Positions 1 through 9,947 of a stretch of 64,000 nucleotides of DNA are shown here, one piece after another. Position numbers and translations under genes: made by a program. The stretch is from Planctomycetota bacterium (GTDB taxonomy: Bacteria; Planctomycetota; PLA2): the NCBI GenBank assembly GCA_021776785.1, contig JAJFFF010000044.1, forward strand, positions 150,578-214,577, in the 5' to 3' direction. The notes beneath the pieces were generated by a model. The model was not told where the DNA came from, did not search any database, and saw nothing but the letters and a program-made list of their open reading frames with translations. The first letter of the stretch is position 1. The number at the start of each line of letters is the position of its first letter.

Positions 1-1426
1 GAAGCTCTTGTGTGCAGTACGCGCGCACCTTCTCCGGATCGGGTTCGCGCCCCTCGGCAATCACGGCGACGGCGTGCACGCGGTTCCCCAGCGTCGCGTC
101 CGGCAAGCCAATGACCGCCGCCTGAGCAAACTCGCCGGTCGCCATCAACACCTCTTCCACTTCGGACGGACTGATGCGGTAGCCGCCCGACTTGATCATC
201 GCGTCGTTGCGGCCCACAAAGTAGAAGTACCCGTCCTCGTCCATCGTGACGAGGTCGCCCGAAAAACACACGAGGTCCGCGCCCTCGTGCTCGCCCAGCA
301 GCGGGTTCTTGCGCAACACGTGCGCGGTCGCGTCCGGACGATTCCAATACCCGAGCGAAACCGTCGGGCCGCGGTGATGCAAAATGCCCGGCTCTCCCGG
401 CGCACACCGCTCACCCTTGTCGTTGAGCAAAAAGATCTCCGTTTCCGGGATCGCTTTGCCCATCGACAAGGGGCGCTTGTCGAGTTCGCTCGGCGGCAAG
501 TACGTCGAGCGAAACGCTTCGGTCAAGCCGTACATCAACACCACCTCGGTTTGCGGCTGGTACTGGCGCAGTTGTTCGATCGTCGCGGTCGGGACCGCGC
601 CGCCGCTGTTGGTGACGTAGCGCAATGTTTCAAGCGGCGTTTTCTTAAACGACGGCGTGGCTTGCGTCAGCACGGCCCAAACCGTGGGCACGCCGGCCAG
701 GCCGGTAATCTTCTCGTTCACGATCGCTTTTACGATCTGTTGCCCGAACGTGAAGTTTAGAAGCACGATCGCCGCGCCGCGGTCCACCGTCGTGATCAGT
801 TGATTGAGGCCGTAATCGAAACTGAACGGCAACACCGAGAGCAACCGCTCGTCGCGGGTGATCCCCAAGAACTGACAAACGATCCGCGAGCCCGCCACCA
901 GGTTGCGGTGCGAGAGCATCACGCCTTTGGGCCGCCCCGTCGATCCCGACGTGTAGAGAATCGCGGCCAAGTCTTCGCCGACCGTCGCCGGCACGTTCAC
1001 GTCGTCGGCGCGCGGGGCGAAGTCGTTTTCGATCAACAACACGCGCTCGACACCGCTGGCCGCTTCGCCCAGCGACGCCAAACGCGCCTCGTCCGTGATC
1101 AGAAAGCGAACGCCGCAATCGTTGAGAATGTGCGCCACCTGTGCCGGACGCAGCAGCGCATTGACAGGGACAAACACGCCACCCGCCATCGAGATCCCAA
1201 AAATCGACGTCGCTTCTTCGACGCTCTTTTTGAGGTAGATCGCCACGCGATCGCGCCGCGTGATGCCGGCGTCGACCAACGCCTGCGCACAACCGCGCGC
1301 CGCCGCGCCAAACGCGGTGTAGTCCAAGCGCCGCTTGCCGTCTACCAGTGCTTCGGCGGCGGGGCGCTCCTGCACGGATGCCTCCAGGAGGTGGTGCAGT
1401 AGATAGGGCGGCTCCCGGCGCGTCAT
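1..1426 (-). CDS. Acyl-CoA ligase (AMP-forming), exosortase-A/PEP-CTERM-locus type; 3' end runs off the window
   Basis: Not in the ORF track because there is no stop in the window. My translation of the minus strand from ATG 1426 gives MTRREPPYLLHHLLEASVQERPAAEALVDG... The AMP-binding signature LYTSGSTGRPKGVMLSHRN lies in frame at about 958-900. The start is 3 nt after the ACP stop. Confidence 0.85.
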   Translation of the reverse strand, partial: MTRREPPYLLHHLLEASVQERPAAEALVDGKRRLDYTAFGAAARGCAQALVDAGITRRDRVAIYLKKSVEEATSIFGISMAGGVFVPVNALLRPAQVAHILNDCGVRFLITDEARLASLGEAASGVERVLLIENDFAPRADDVNVPATVGEDLAAILYTSGSTGRPKGVMLSHRNLVAGSRIVCQFLGITRDERLLSVLPFSFDYGLNQLITTVDRGAAIVLLNFTFGQQIVKAIVNEKITGLAGVPTVWAVLTQATPSFKKTPLETLRYVTNSGGAVPTATIEQLRQYQPQTEVVLMYGLTEAFRSTYLPPSELDKRPLSMGKAIPETEIFLLNDKGERCAPGEPGILHHRGPTVSLGYWNRPDATAHVLRKNPLLGEHEGADLVCFSGDLVTMDEDGYFYFVGRNDAMIKSGGYRISPSEVEEVLMATGEFAQAAVIGLPDATLGNRVHAVAVIAEGREPDPEKVRAYCTQEL

Positions 1427-1429
1427 CGC

Positions 1430-1693
1430 CTAGCCGTTGCGCTCCGCGACGAATTTCTCGAGTGCGGTGAGCGTGTCAAAGTTTTCAGGATTGAGATCGT
1501 CGTCCTCGACTTCGAGTCCAAACGTCTCTTCCAAGAACGCGACGACATCGAGAATGCCGAGCGAATCCACGACGCCGCTGTCGAGCAACGATGCGTCCTG
1601 ATCGAGATCGAGATTGGCTGCCGCCGGAAAGCGGTTGAGCAAGAATGCGCGGATTTTTTCGCGGACTTCGGTTGTGGGTGTGGAATCAGACAT
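1430..1693 (-). CDS. Acyl carrier protein
   Basis: 87-aa acidic ORF with the phosphopantetheine attachment motif DSLG (GVVDSLGILDVV). Tightly packed between the GNAT and ligase genes. Confidence 0.9.
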   Translation of the reverse strand: MSDSTPTTEVREKIRAFLLNRFPAAANLDLDQDASLLDSGVVDSLGILDVVAFLEETFGLEVEDDDLNPENFDTLTALEKFVAERNG

Positions 1694-2789
1694 CGCCGTC
1701 TCCTTCGAGCAGCAACCAGTTTGCAGGATTACTCAAGAGCCCAGCGTCGGCTTCCTTGGAAAGCACCAGGATCGGCCCTGGCCCTTCCTCCCGCTTCACA
1801 AAACCCAACTCCGTCAGGAGCTTGCTTCCAGACGACTTCAGGAGCGCCTGCGCGCTGAGCACAACCGCGCCCTCGCCGCGCGCCGCGGGAATCGCCCCCG
1901 TGAGAAGCGCCCCGGCGATCGGCTCGTCGGCCGCGCAGAGCTCCGTGATCGACGCCAGACCCGGCTCCAGCATGCGATAGACCAAGAACCCTTCGACCAT
2001 ACCGTCGCGGCGCGCCTGCACAACCGTGCGCGGCTGGTAGGAGTAGCGCCAGTTCAGGTAGCGCGACGAGCGAATCGCCGCAACCGGAGCACCAGCGCCG
2101 ATTCGCTCGTCGAACGTGTCGAACTGCGGTCCGAACTTGCCCTCGAGGATCGACACTTTGATCCCGCGCGGTAGGCGGCGCAGCTGATGGCGGGTTTTCA
2201 GCGCGAAATCCCCCATCCCGCCCAAGATCTTGCCCGCCACGCCCTCGCCGACGCGCCGCTTGATGATCGGCGCCGCGGCCAGCGGCATCGCGAATCGGGC
2301 GATCGGGCCCAAGTCGATCCCCTTCATGCGTCGGTAGATCGCGGCCATCGCGGCGCTGGGCAAGTCGTACGAGAACAAAAGCTCGCCGTCCTTGATCGGT
2401 TGCAACGTCGCGCGCAAGAGCTTGAGCGCCGGCCCCAACGAGCGGTGGTCCTTGTCGACTGCGAAATCGCTAAGGCCCAAGACGACCGTTCGTTCGCCGC
2501 CGACGCGGAACGCGCGCCGATGCGCCGCGGAGGTGCCGACGGGCTGACCGTTTTCATCCTCGGCCAGCCAGACGAGCGCGGACCCCTCGGGATTTTGGAG
2601 GTAGAGCCACTCGTGGCGTCCAGCCGCCGCCGCCGGGGTCAAATTGGCCTCCAGGACGGCGCGAATGGCATCGCGGTCCTTTTCCGGGTCGGCCCGGCGG
2701 ATGGTTAGTTCGCTGGCTCCCATGACAGGGCGTACGCCCCCCCTTGCACGCATCGACATGTGCTCAACCTTGGATCGGCGCGCTGGCAT
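1686..2789 (-). CDS. GNAT-family N-acyltransferase (locus-associated)
   Basis: 367-aa ORF with a GNAT motif-A-like HRSLGPALKLL. The real start is probably an internal Met (for example 2723, MGASELTIRR). The 3' end overlaps the ACP start by 8 nt. Confidence 0.6.
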   Translation of the reverse strand: MPARRSKVEHMSMRARGGVRPVMGASELTIRRADPEKDRDAIRAVLEANLTPAAAAGRHEWLYLQNPEGSALVWLAEDENGQPVGTSAAHRRAFRVGGERTVVLGLSDFAVDKDHRSLGPALKLLRATLQPIKDGELLFSYDLPSAAMAAIYRRMKGIDLGPIARFAMPLAAAPIIKRRVGEGVAGKILGGMGDFALKTRHQLRRLPRGIKVSILEGKFGPQFDTFDERIGAGAPVAAIRSSRYLNWRYSYQPRTVVQARRDGMVEGFLVYRMLEPGLASITELCAADEPIAGALLTGAIPAARGEGAVVLSAQALLKSSGSKLLTELGFVKREEGPGPILVLSKEADAGLLSNPANWLLLEGDGDV

Positions 2790-2913
2790 GCCGACTTTAC
2801 TGGTAGGGGTTGCTTTCCCCGCTGTTTTCGGCGTTTTTCAAAGAACAGAGCAGCGGCTGGCCTCCCCTTTGCTTCCCGACCCGTAGAAACGGACAATGTT
2901 TGGGAGGTTGGAC

Positions 2914-4140
2914 ATGGATAGTCCCCGCGATCACACAACTCGGGAGGATGTGCTGTTTTTGGCGCATCGGATCCCATTTCCGCCGGATAAGGGCGACAAG
3001 ATTCGCTCGTACCGTGAGTGGAAGGCGCTGACGAAGCATGCGCGCGTCACGATTGCGTGCTTCATCGACGACCCGGCGGACGAGCCGCACGTCGAGGCGC
3101 TTGCGAAAGAGGTCGACGAGCTGATCGTCGTGCGTCTCCATCCGAGACGGTCGAAGCTGAAGAGCTTGATGGCGCTTCCGAGTAGCCGCTCGTTGTCGCT
3201 CGCGTACTACGACAGCAAGGAGATGCGGAACAAGCTCGCGGCGTGCGCGCAACGCAAGACGTTTCACTCCGTGCTCGCGTTCTCTTCGACGATGGCGCCC
3301 TACGCGCTCCAGGTTCCCGCAAGCAAACGCGTGCTCGACATCTGCGATCTCGATTCGGAGAAATGGGCGCAGTTCGCTGAAGTCTCGCGCTTCCCGATGT
3401 CGCGCGTTTACAAGACGGAAGCGGCGCGGCTGGGGCGCTACGAAGTGGAGTGCGCAAAAAACTTCGACGTGTCGCTGCTCGTGTCGCAGGCGGAAGCGGA
3501 CACGCTGCTCGCACGCGCCCCCGGCAACGACATCCGCGTGATCCCGAACGGCATCGACCTGGAGTACTACGACCCCGCGGCTTGCCCCAAAGTGCGTCCA
3601 GACGGCGTCTCAACGGTGTTTTGCGGGGCCATGGACTACAAGAGCAACGTCGACGCGGTGGTTTGGTACCACGATGAAATCTTTCCGCTGATCCAAGCGC
3701 GCCGCCCCGACGCGCGCTTTGTCATCGTCGGCTCCAAGCCGGCGCCGGAAGTGCAGGCGCTTGCGGCGACGGACGGCGTCGAAGTGACGGGACGTGTCCC
3801 GGACGTGCGACCGCACGTACTCGGCGCGACGGTTTCTGTAGCGCCGCTGCGGCTCGGTCGCGGCGTGCCGAACAAGATTTTGGAAGCGCTTTCGCTCAGC
3901 TTGCCGGTTGTGGTGACCAGCAACGGCGCGGCCGGACTCGACCTCGCGCAGTTTGCCGCTTGCGATGTTGCGGATGAGCCGCAAGCGTTCGCCGACGCGG
4001 TGTTGGCTCGTCTCGCCATGGGCTCGGGACGCATCCCGCAGCACCGGGAAGCGCTGCAGCGCCTCTACCGCTGGGAGATTCTCGCCGAGAAAGTGCGCGA
4101 AATCATGATCGATGTGCCCGTGGGTGCAAAAACAGCCTGA
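2914..4140 (+). CDS. Glycosyltransferase, PEP-CTERM/EpsH1-system-associated type (GT-B fold)
   Basis: ORF 2896-4140; start moved to ATG 2914, which is preceded by GGGAGG. The N-terminus VLFLAHRIPFPPDKGDKIRSY is the hallmark of the EpsH1-associated sugar transferase family. C-terminal GT-B motif GVPNKILEALSLSLPVVVT. Confidence 0.8.
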   Translation: MDSPRDHTTREDVLFLAHRIPFPPDKGDKIRSYREWKALTKHARVTIACFIDDPADEPHVEALAKEVDELIVVRLHPRRSKLKSLMALPSSRSLSLAYYDSKEMRNKLAACAQRKTFHSVLAFSSTMAPYALQVPASKRVLDICDLDSEKWAQFAEVSRFPMSRVYKTEAARLGRYEVECAKNFDVSLLVSQAEADTLLARAPGNDIRVIPNGIDLEYYDPAACPKVRPDGVSTVFCGAMDYKSNVDAVVWYHDEIFPLIQARRPDARFVIVGSKPAPEVQALAATDGVEVTGRVPDVRPHVLGATVSVAPLRLGRGVPNKILEALSLSLPVVVTSNGAAGLDLAQFAACDVADEPQAFADAVLARLAMGSGRIPQHREALQRLYRWEILAEKVREIMIDVPVGAKTA

Positions 4141-5000
4141 TGAAGCACGCGATTACGATCGACGTCGAAAACTGGTACCACGCCGAGAACATGCGGCCCG
4201 TGGCGCCGGTCGCGGCGTGGCCGTCGCTGCCGTCGCGCATCGAGGCCAACACGCACAAAGTGTTGGACCTTTGCGATACGCACGGCGTGAAGGGCACGTA
4301 CTTCGTTCTGGGTTCCGCGGCGGAGCGGGCGCCGGGGCTGGTGCTCGAAATCGCGGCGCGAGGCCACGAGGTCGCGTGCCACGGGTGGTCGCACGAGCTG
4401 GTCTATCGGCAGACGCCCGAAGTGTTTGCCGACGAGACGCGCCGCGCCAAAGCCCTGCTCGAGGACTTAAGCGGCCAGGCCGTGCGCGGCTACCGCGCGT
4501 CGACGTTCTCGATCACGGAAAAGTCGCGCTGGGCGCTGGATATCCTGGCCGAGCAGGGCTTTGACTACGACTCCTCGATCGCGCCGGTTGTCCACGATCG
4601 CTACGGCATCCCGTCGCTCCCCAAAGACCCCCACCGCATCCCGTTGGCCGACGGACGCTCGATCGTCGAGTTTCCCGTTTCGTTCGGCAAAAAGCTCGGC
4701 AAGCGTTTCCCGCTGGGCGGTGGGTTTTTCCGGCTGTTTTCGCTGCGGTGGGCCAAAGCCACGCTGCGCGCGCACGAAGCGGAAGAGCGCCCCGCGTCGA
4801 TCTACCTGCACCCCTGGGAGTTCGACCCGGAGCAACCGCGCCAAAAGGGTCTCGGCTTGTCGCGCACGTTCCGGCACTACGCGCGCCTTCACACGACGCA
4901 CCCCAAACTCGACGCACTCATGAACGAGTTCTTGTTTACGACGATGGCGGACGTCTTGGGTGACCTCCTCGCCGCCTCACCGGAAGCGGTGGCGCGATGA
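4140..5000 (+). CDS. Polysaccharide deacetylase (NodB fold), PEP-CTERM-locus subfamily
   Basis: HAITIDVENWYH N-terminus and HGWSHE metal-binding motif. 1-nt TGATG overlap with the upstream glycosyltransferase. Confidence 0.85.
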   Translation: MKHAITIDVENWYHAENMRPVAPVAAWPSLPSRIEANTHKVLDLCDTHGVKGTYFVLGSAAERAPGLVLEIAARGHEVACHGWSHELVYRQTPEVFADETRRAKALLEDLSGQAVRGYRASTFSITEKSRWALDILAEQGFDYDSSIAPVVHDRYGIPSLPKDPHRIPLADGRSIVEFPVSFGKKLGKRFPLGGGFFRLFSLRWAKATLRAHEAEERPASIYLHPWEFDPEQPRQKGLGLSRTFRHYARLHTTHPKLDALMNEFLFTTMADVLGDLLAASPEAVAR

Positions 5001-6037
5001 ACGATCTGCTCACACCCCGTCAATATCTCCGCCTTCCTGCGACGACCAAGCCGCAACTCATGGTGGTGATCGACACCGAGGAGGAGTTTGCCTGGGGTGA
5101 AGGCTTCTTGCGCCAGAACACGTCCGTTGCATCGATGCGCGGCATCCACGGCCTGCAAGCTGTGTTTGACGAGTTCGGCATCGTTCCCACGTACGTGTGC
5201 GACTACCCGATCGCGACGCAACCGCTCGCGTACGAGCCGCTGCGTTCGTTTCTAGACGATGGGCGCGCCGTCATCGGTGCCCACCTTCACCCGTGGGTGA
5301 ATCCGCCTTACACCGAAGAGTTAAGCGATAAGAACTCCTACCCCGGCAACATTCCCGCGCCGATCGAACGCGACAAAATCGCTGCTTTGACCGACGCGTT
5401 GGAAGCGTCGTTTGGGCAGCGCCCGACGATCTATAAGGCCGGGCGCTACGGCATCGGACCCAACACGCAGGCCGCGTTGGAAGAGCTCGGGTACGACTAC
5501 GACTTAAGCGTCTATCCGTACACGGATCTGCGTGCCGATCATGGTCCCGATTTCTCGCGTTTCCCGCCCCAGGCGTATTGGTTCGGCAAGGAACGCAAGA
5601 TGTTGGAGATTCCGGTCACCAACGGATTCGTCGGTTTCGCGGCGCGCCGCGGTGCTTCCCTGACGCGATTCGCCATGAGCGGCGTTGGTCGCAAGCTGCG
5701 CACCATGGGCATTCTCTCGCGCACCGGCATGCTCGAGCGACTGCGTCTTTCGCCGGAAGGTCTCGACTTCGAACACCACCAAAAGTTGACGCGCGGGCTG
5801 CTCAAACAGGGCTTGCGGCTGTTTACGTTTAGCTTTCACAGCCCTTCGTGTTCGCCTGGCTTCACACCGTATGTCCGGACGAAAGCGGATCTGGCGCGCT
5901 TCCTCGAGACGTGCCGCCGGTACTTCGATTTCTTTCTCCGTGAGCTGGAGGGCGCGCCGGCGACCCCGGCTTCGATTCGGGCTCAGTTCGATCCAACATT
6001 TCGCAACGCACCCGCGACCGCGGAGAAGCTGGCATAG
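4997..6037 (+). CDS. WalW-like polysaccharide deacetylase-fold protein
   Basis: 346-aa ORF with a VVIDTEEEFAWGEG motif. ATGA start/stop overlap at 4997-5000. Confidence 0.6.
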   Translation: MNDLLTPRQYLRLPATTKPQLMVVIDTEEEFAWGEGFLRQNTSVASMRGIHGLQAVFDEFGIVPTYVCDYPIATQPLAYEPLRSFLDDGRAVIGAHLHPWVNPPYTEELSDKNSYPGNIPAPIERDKIAALTDALEASFGQRPTIYKAGRYGIGPNTQAALEELGYDYDLSVYPYTDLRADHGPDFSRFPPQAYWFGKERKMLEIPVTNGFVGFAARRGASLTRFAMSGVGRKLRTMGILSRTGMLERLRLSPEGLDFEHHQKLTRGLLKQGLRLFTFSFHSPSCSPGFTPYVRTKADLARFLETCRRYFDFFLRELEGAPATPASIRAQFDPTFRNAPATAEKLA

Positions 6038-6066
6038 ACTTTGCGCTTCATCCCCGCGATCGTTGT

Positions 6067-7188
6067 ATGTTCAGAATTCAAAACACCATGCCCCGCGACC
6101 ACACCAGCACCAAGACGGACTCCTCGGAGCCTCAGGCCGCCGCACAAGCAGCGCCGGTGACCGTGCGTCCGTTCCGTACGGACGACACGACGGCGTGGAA
6201 CGACTATGTGCTTGCGCATCCGCGCGCCACGTTCTTTCACCAGATCGGATGGAAGAACGTTCTCGACACGGCGTTTGGGTACCCCGCGCACTATCACCTG
6301 GCTGAACGCGCCGGAACGATCGTGGGCGTGTTGCCGCTCTACGCATGCCGCTCGATCAAAGGCAAGCTCGCGCTCTACAGCTTGCCGCACACCGTCTATG
6401 GCGGTCCGGTCGGCGACGACGCCGCGGTCGAGGAAGCTCTCGTCGAAGCGGCGCGCAACTTGGGCTCCACCTTACGCACGCCCTTAATCGAATTGCGCAA
6501 TCGCCACGCTTCGCTCGTCGATCTACCGACGCTCGAGGGGTTCGCTACGTTTGAGAAAGAGCTCCCGACCGAAGTCGACAAGGTCTACAAGACGTTTCCC
6601 AAAAAAGCGCGCGAGGCAATCAACCAGTCGCGCAAACGTCACAAGCTCGAAGCGGACTTCGAAGGCACCGTCGACTCGTTTTATGACTTGCTGGCCGCTT
6701 CGTACCACACGCTCGGTACGCCGGTCTTCCCCAAGAAGTTCTTCCAAGCGATCGCCACCAACTTCCCCGACCACACGTCAATCCTGAACGTGCGGCACGA
6801 GGGCAAGCCGGTCGCGACCGTCTTGTCGACGATCTTTCGCGACACGATGATGCCGCTCTACAGCGGTGAATGGTTCGGCGCGGGACGCCTCAAGGCGGGC
6901 AACTTCAAGTACTTCCGATTGATGGAACACGCCGTCGAACGCGGACTGACGCGCTATGACTTTGGTCGCAGCCGCTTAAACAACGCGGGCGTCGTGAAAT
7001 TTAAGACCAACCAAGGGTTTGAGGTTTCCCCTCTGCCGTACCAGGCCGCCGGAGCGAACGATTCCGCCGGCGTGGGCGGAACCGACCCCAACCAGGGGAT
7101 GTTTGCCAAGGCCCGCAAGGTCTGGCGCAAACTTCCCGCTTCCGTCGCCAAAGGCGTCGGGCCTCGATTGATCCGATACTTCCCTTAG
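6067..7188 (+). CDS. FemAB-family protein, PEP-CTERM-system-associated type
   Basis: 373 aa. WNDYVLAHPRATFFHQIGWKNV and KKAREAINQSRK segments are typical of the FemAB-related family found in exosortase loci. Confidence 0.8.
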   Translation: MFRIQNTMPRDHTSTKTDSSEPQAAAQAAPVTVRPFRTDDTTAWNDYVLAHPRATFFHQIGWKNVLDTAFGYPAHYHLAERAGTIVGVLPLYACRSIKGKLALYSLPHTVYGGPVGDDAAVEEALVEAARNLGSTLRTPLIELRNRHASLVDLPTLEGFATFEKELPTEVDKVYKTFPKKAREAINQSRKRHKLEADFEGTVDSFYDLLAASYHTLGTPVFPKKFFQAIATNFPDHTSILNVRHEGKPVATVLSTIFRDTMMPLYSGEWFGAGRLKAGNFKYFRLMEHAVERGLTRYDFGRSRLNNAGVVKFKTNQGFEVSPLPYQAAGANDSAGVGGTDPNQGMFAKARKVWRKLPASVAKGVGPRLIRYFP

Positions 7189-7234
7189 GGGAAGCCACAC
7201 CTCGACTGACACCAAGATTCCCTAGGACACAGCC

Positions 7235-8554
7235 ATGATCCGGATGATTCTCGTCCTCTTCTGTTACGGCGTCGGAGCCGTTGCCGGTCTCCGTTCTGCC
7301 GTGATGGCAAGCTGCTTTTTTATCTGGAGCGATGTGTTCCGGCCGGACGCGTGGGCGCGTTACGCCGGTATTTTGCATCCGAGCCGGTTCTACCCGGTGC
7401 ATATCGTCACCGGCGTGCTGCTGCTCTCGCTGTTCCTCAAGCCGTGGCGGCGACGCTGGAACGGTGTCGCGACGGCGATCTTGGTGTTCGTCGGCTGGCT
7501 GTTCATTAGCGCGCTCATGTCGCGGCAACCGAGCTCGATGGAGAAAGCCATCGAGGTCGCCAAGTACATGATCCCGTTGGCGATCATCTCGGCCACGCTC
7601 TACAACCGTTGGTCGCAAATGATGTTTTTCTACACGCTCGCGGCTTCGGTCGGCGCGTGGATGGTTCACCACGGCTTCATCGCCATGACCACCGGCGAGA
7701 CGCAGATTCGCATGTCGATTCCGGACAGTCAGATGTCGGACCGCAACGACTTCATGGTCGGGGGCACGGCGTGCCTTCCCATGCTCGCGTACATCGGATG
7801 GTTTTACGTCGGCAAGGCGCAAGCGTGGATCCGTCCTGCGATGAAGTTCGGAACGATCTTCGCCATCGGTGCGCTCTTCATGAGCTTGTCGCGTGGCGCG
7901 GTCCTCGGCTTCACGGCGCTCTTGATGTGGTACGGCGTGTGGACCGGTCGATTCTTGCAGCGGCTTCCGCTTGTCATCGTAGCCGCCATCGTGATCGCGA
8001 TGCTTTTGCCCAACGAAGTGTGGGAGCGCATCTCCACGATGTCGATCAACACGCGCGTAACGGAAGCATCGGCGGTCAACCGTATTGAGCACATGAAGAC
8101 GGCCGTCGAGGTGACGCTGGACTTCCCGATCACCGGTGTTGGCCCTGGCGTGTTCTGGATCGCGAGTCAGAAGTACTCGCAGTTCTCGGCCGAGCCCCAC
8201 AGCTTGTGGCTCAAGTGCTCCGCCGAACTCGGTCTGCCGATGCTGATCTTCTTCATCATGTTGGTGTGGCGACTGCTCTGGCGCTTGCGGCGAGTCGCGA
8301 CGCTTGCGAAACAGCACGCGGACCGTAACACGGAGGCGTTGGCGACAGCCTTGAGCTGCGCTCTGGTCGGCTTCCTTGCAACGGGTACCTTCACGAGTCA
8401 ATTCATGTCGGAGTACATGTGGGCGATTATCGCGCTGATTGGTGCGTTTCTCGCCACGCCGTACGACGGAGGTTCGTTCGTCACACCGGAAACGGAGACG
8501 GAGGACAAGGCCGACGAGCCGCGCGAACCGGCTTTGACCGCGGGGCGCGCCTAG
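7235..8554 (+). CDS. O-antigen ligase/polymerase-like (Wzy_C) integral membrane protein
   Basis: 439 aa with many hydrophobic segments and an LSLSRGAVLGF loop motif. Its position in the EPS locus fits the exosortase-associated O-glycosylation ligase family. Confidence 0.7.
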   Translation: MIRMILVLFCYGVGAVAGLRSAVMASCFFIWSDVFRPDAWARYAGILHPSRFYPVHIVTGVLLLSLFLKPWRRRWNGVATAILVFVGWLFISALMSRQPSSMEKAIEVAKYMIPLAIISATLYNRWSQMMFFYTLAASVGAWMVHHGFIAMTTGETQIRMSIPDSQMSDRNDFMVGGTACLPMLAYIGWFYVGKAQAWIRPAMKFGTIFAIGALFMSLSRGAVLGFTALLMWYGVWTGRFLQRLPLVIVAAIVIAMLLPNEVWERISTMSINTRVTEASAVNRIEHMKTAVEVTLDFPITGVGPGVFWIASQKYSQFSAEPHSLWLKCSAELGLPMLIFFIMLVWRLLWRLRRVATLAKQHADRNTEALATALSCALVGFLATGTFTSQFMSEYMWAIIALIGAFLATPYDGGSFVTPETETEDKADEPREPALTAGRA

Positions 8555-8572
8555 TCGCGCCCCGGAGAACGC

Positions 8573-9775
8573 ATGCGCGTTCTTACGATTACAAGTCTAT
8601 TTCCGAGCATGGCCGCGCCTACGCGCGGCGTGTTCGTTTTGCAGCGGGTGCAGGCGCTGCGCCGTCAAGGTGCCGAGGTCGAAGTGATCTCGCCGGTGCC
8701 GCGCGTTCCGCCGGGCGTGCCGGCGCCCGCGAGCTATCGCAAGTTGCGCGCGACGCCCGCGCACGAAGTGCTGGACGGTGTGTCGATCGACCATCCGCGC
8801 TACTGGATGCTTCCCAAGATTGGGATGTACTTTCAGGATCGAAGCTATGCGCGTGGCATTCGTCGGGTCCTGCGCGAGAAAATCGCGTCGTTTCGTCCTG
8901 ATGTTTTGGACGTGCACTATCTGTACCCGGATGCGTGCGCGGTGGCGCGTTTGGCTGACGAGTGCGGCGTCCCATTCGTGTGCACCGCACGCGGCAGCGA
9001 CGTCAAAGTACTCGGCAAGATCTCCTCGTTGGCGCCGCGCATTCGCCGCGCGCTGGCCGGCGCGGCGCGCGTCGTTTCGGTTTCGGACGACTTGCTGGCG
9101 ACGATGCGGCAACTCGATTTGTATGCCGGTGACGCCGCGGTCATCCCGAACGGAATCGATCCGGCGCGGTTTTTTCCGCGTGAGAAAACAGCGGCGCGGC
9201 GCGAGCTCGGCCTTCCGACCGAAGGGAAGTGCGTCGTCTGCGTCGGCCACATCGCGCCGGTACACGGACAACACTTGATCGTCGAGGCCATGGCGCGTCC
9301 GGATGCGCCCGGCGATGTGCACACGTACTTGGTCGGCGGCGGCCCGGACTTCGACGCGCTGCGTTCCCAGATCGCTGCGCGTGGTTTGAGCAATCGCATC
9401 ACGATGGTCGGCCCCGTTGCACACGACCAAGTGCCGCTTTGGTTTTCCGCGGCGAATCTTTCGCTTCACCCAGGCTCGAGCGCGGGGAGCCCGAACGCCG
9501 TGCTTGAGTCCCTCGCCTGCGGGACGCCGTGCCTCGTGACCAACCTTCCGGAGTTCACCGAAATTGTCGCCGAGCCCGCGCAGGGCCGTGCGATGGAACG
9601 CACGCCCGCAGCGATCGCGGCAGCCGTCGCCGCCGGGATCGTCGCCTGCGCCGCCCCGCTCGATCCGCCCCGTGATCTCAACCGGCCCCCGCGCCACTGG
9701 GACGACGTCGGCCGCGAAGTCATGGCTGTTTTGCGTTCCGCTATCGGCCTGGACGCGCCGGTCCAGTCTCGCTAG
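8573..9775 (+). CDS. Glycosyltransferase family 4
   Basis: 400 aa. MRVLTITSLFPS N-terminus and C-terminal GSPNAVLESLACGTPCLVT GT-B motif. Confidence 0.8.
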   Translation: MRVLTITSLFPSMAAPTRGVFVLQRVQALRRQGAEVEVISPVPRVPPGVPAPASYRKLRATPAHEVLDGVSIDHPRYWMLPKIGMYFQDRSYARGIRRVLREKIASFRPDVLDVHYLYPDACAVARLADECGVPFVCTARGSDVKVLGKISSLAPRIRRALAGAARVVSVSDDLLATMRQLDLYAGDAAVIPNGIDPARFFPREKTAARRELGLPTEGKCVVCVGHIAPVHGQHLIVEAMARPDAPGDVHTYLVGGGPDFDALRSQIAARGLSNRITMVGPVAHDQVPLWFSAANLSLHPGSSAGSPNAVLESLACGTPCLVTNLPEFTEIVAEPAQGRAMERTPAAIAAAVAAGIVACAAPLDPPRDLNRPPRHWDDVGREVMAVLRSAIGLDAPVQSR

Positions 9776-9947
9776 TCTCGGCGGACCCGACAAACGTCGA
9801 TTTTTTTGAACGTTTGGGCTCGACGCCTTGTAGCCTAAAACTCTTAAATTCTTTTGTGACAACGACTTAGCCTGACCTCCGCACGATTTGGAACACCCTT
9901 CGCGTTCCCATCCCCTTGCAACCGGGAAAGCGAAGAAAGGTAGACAG

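Noticed and set aside
7001-8401. Long ORFs antisense to well-supported genes. Examples are 7001-8401(-), 8597-10123(-), 9867-10733(-), 23322-24947(-), 27631-28362(-), 43192-44463(-), 39687-40301(+), 53677-54813(+), and 8-760(+) and 800-1402(+) at the left edge.
   Set aside because: Their translations are Arg/Ala/Pro/Gly-rich with no motifs, and each overlaps a gene on the other strand that has clear family signatures. Stop-poor antisense frames are expected in high-GC DNA.
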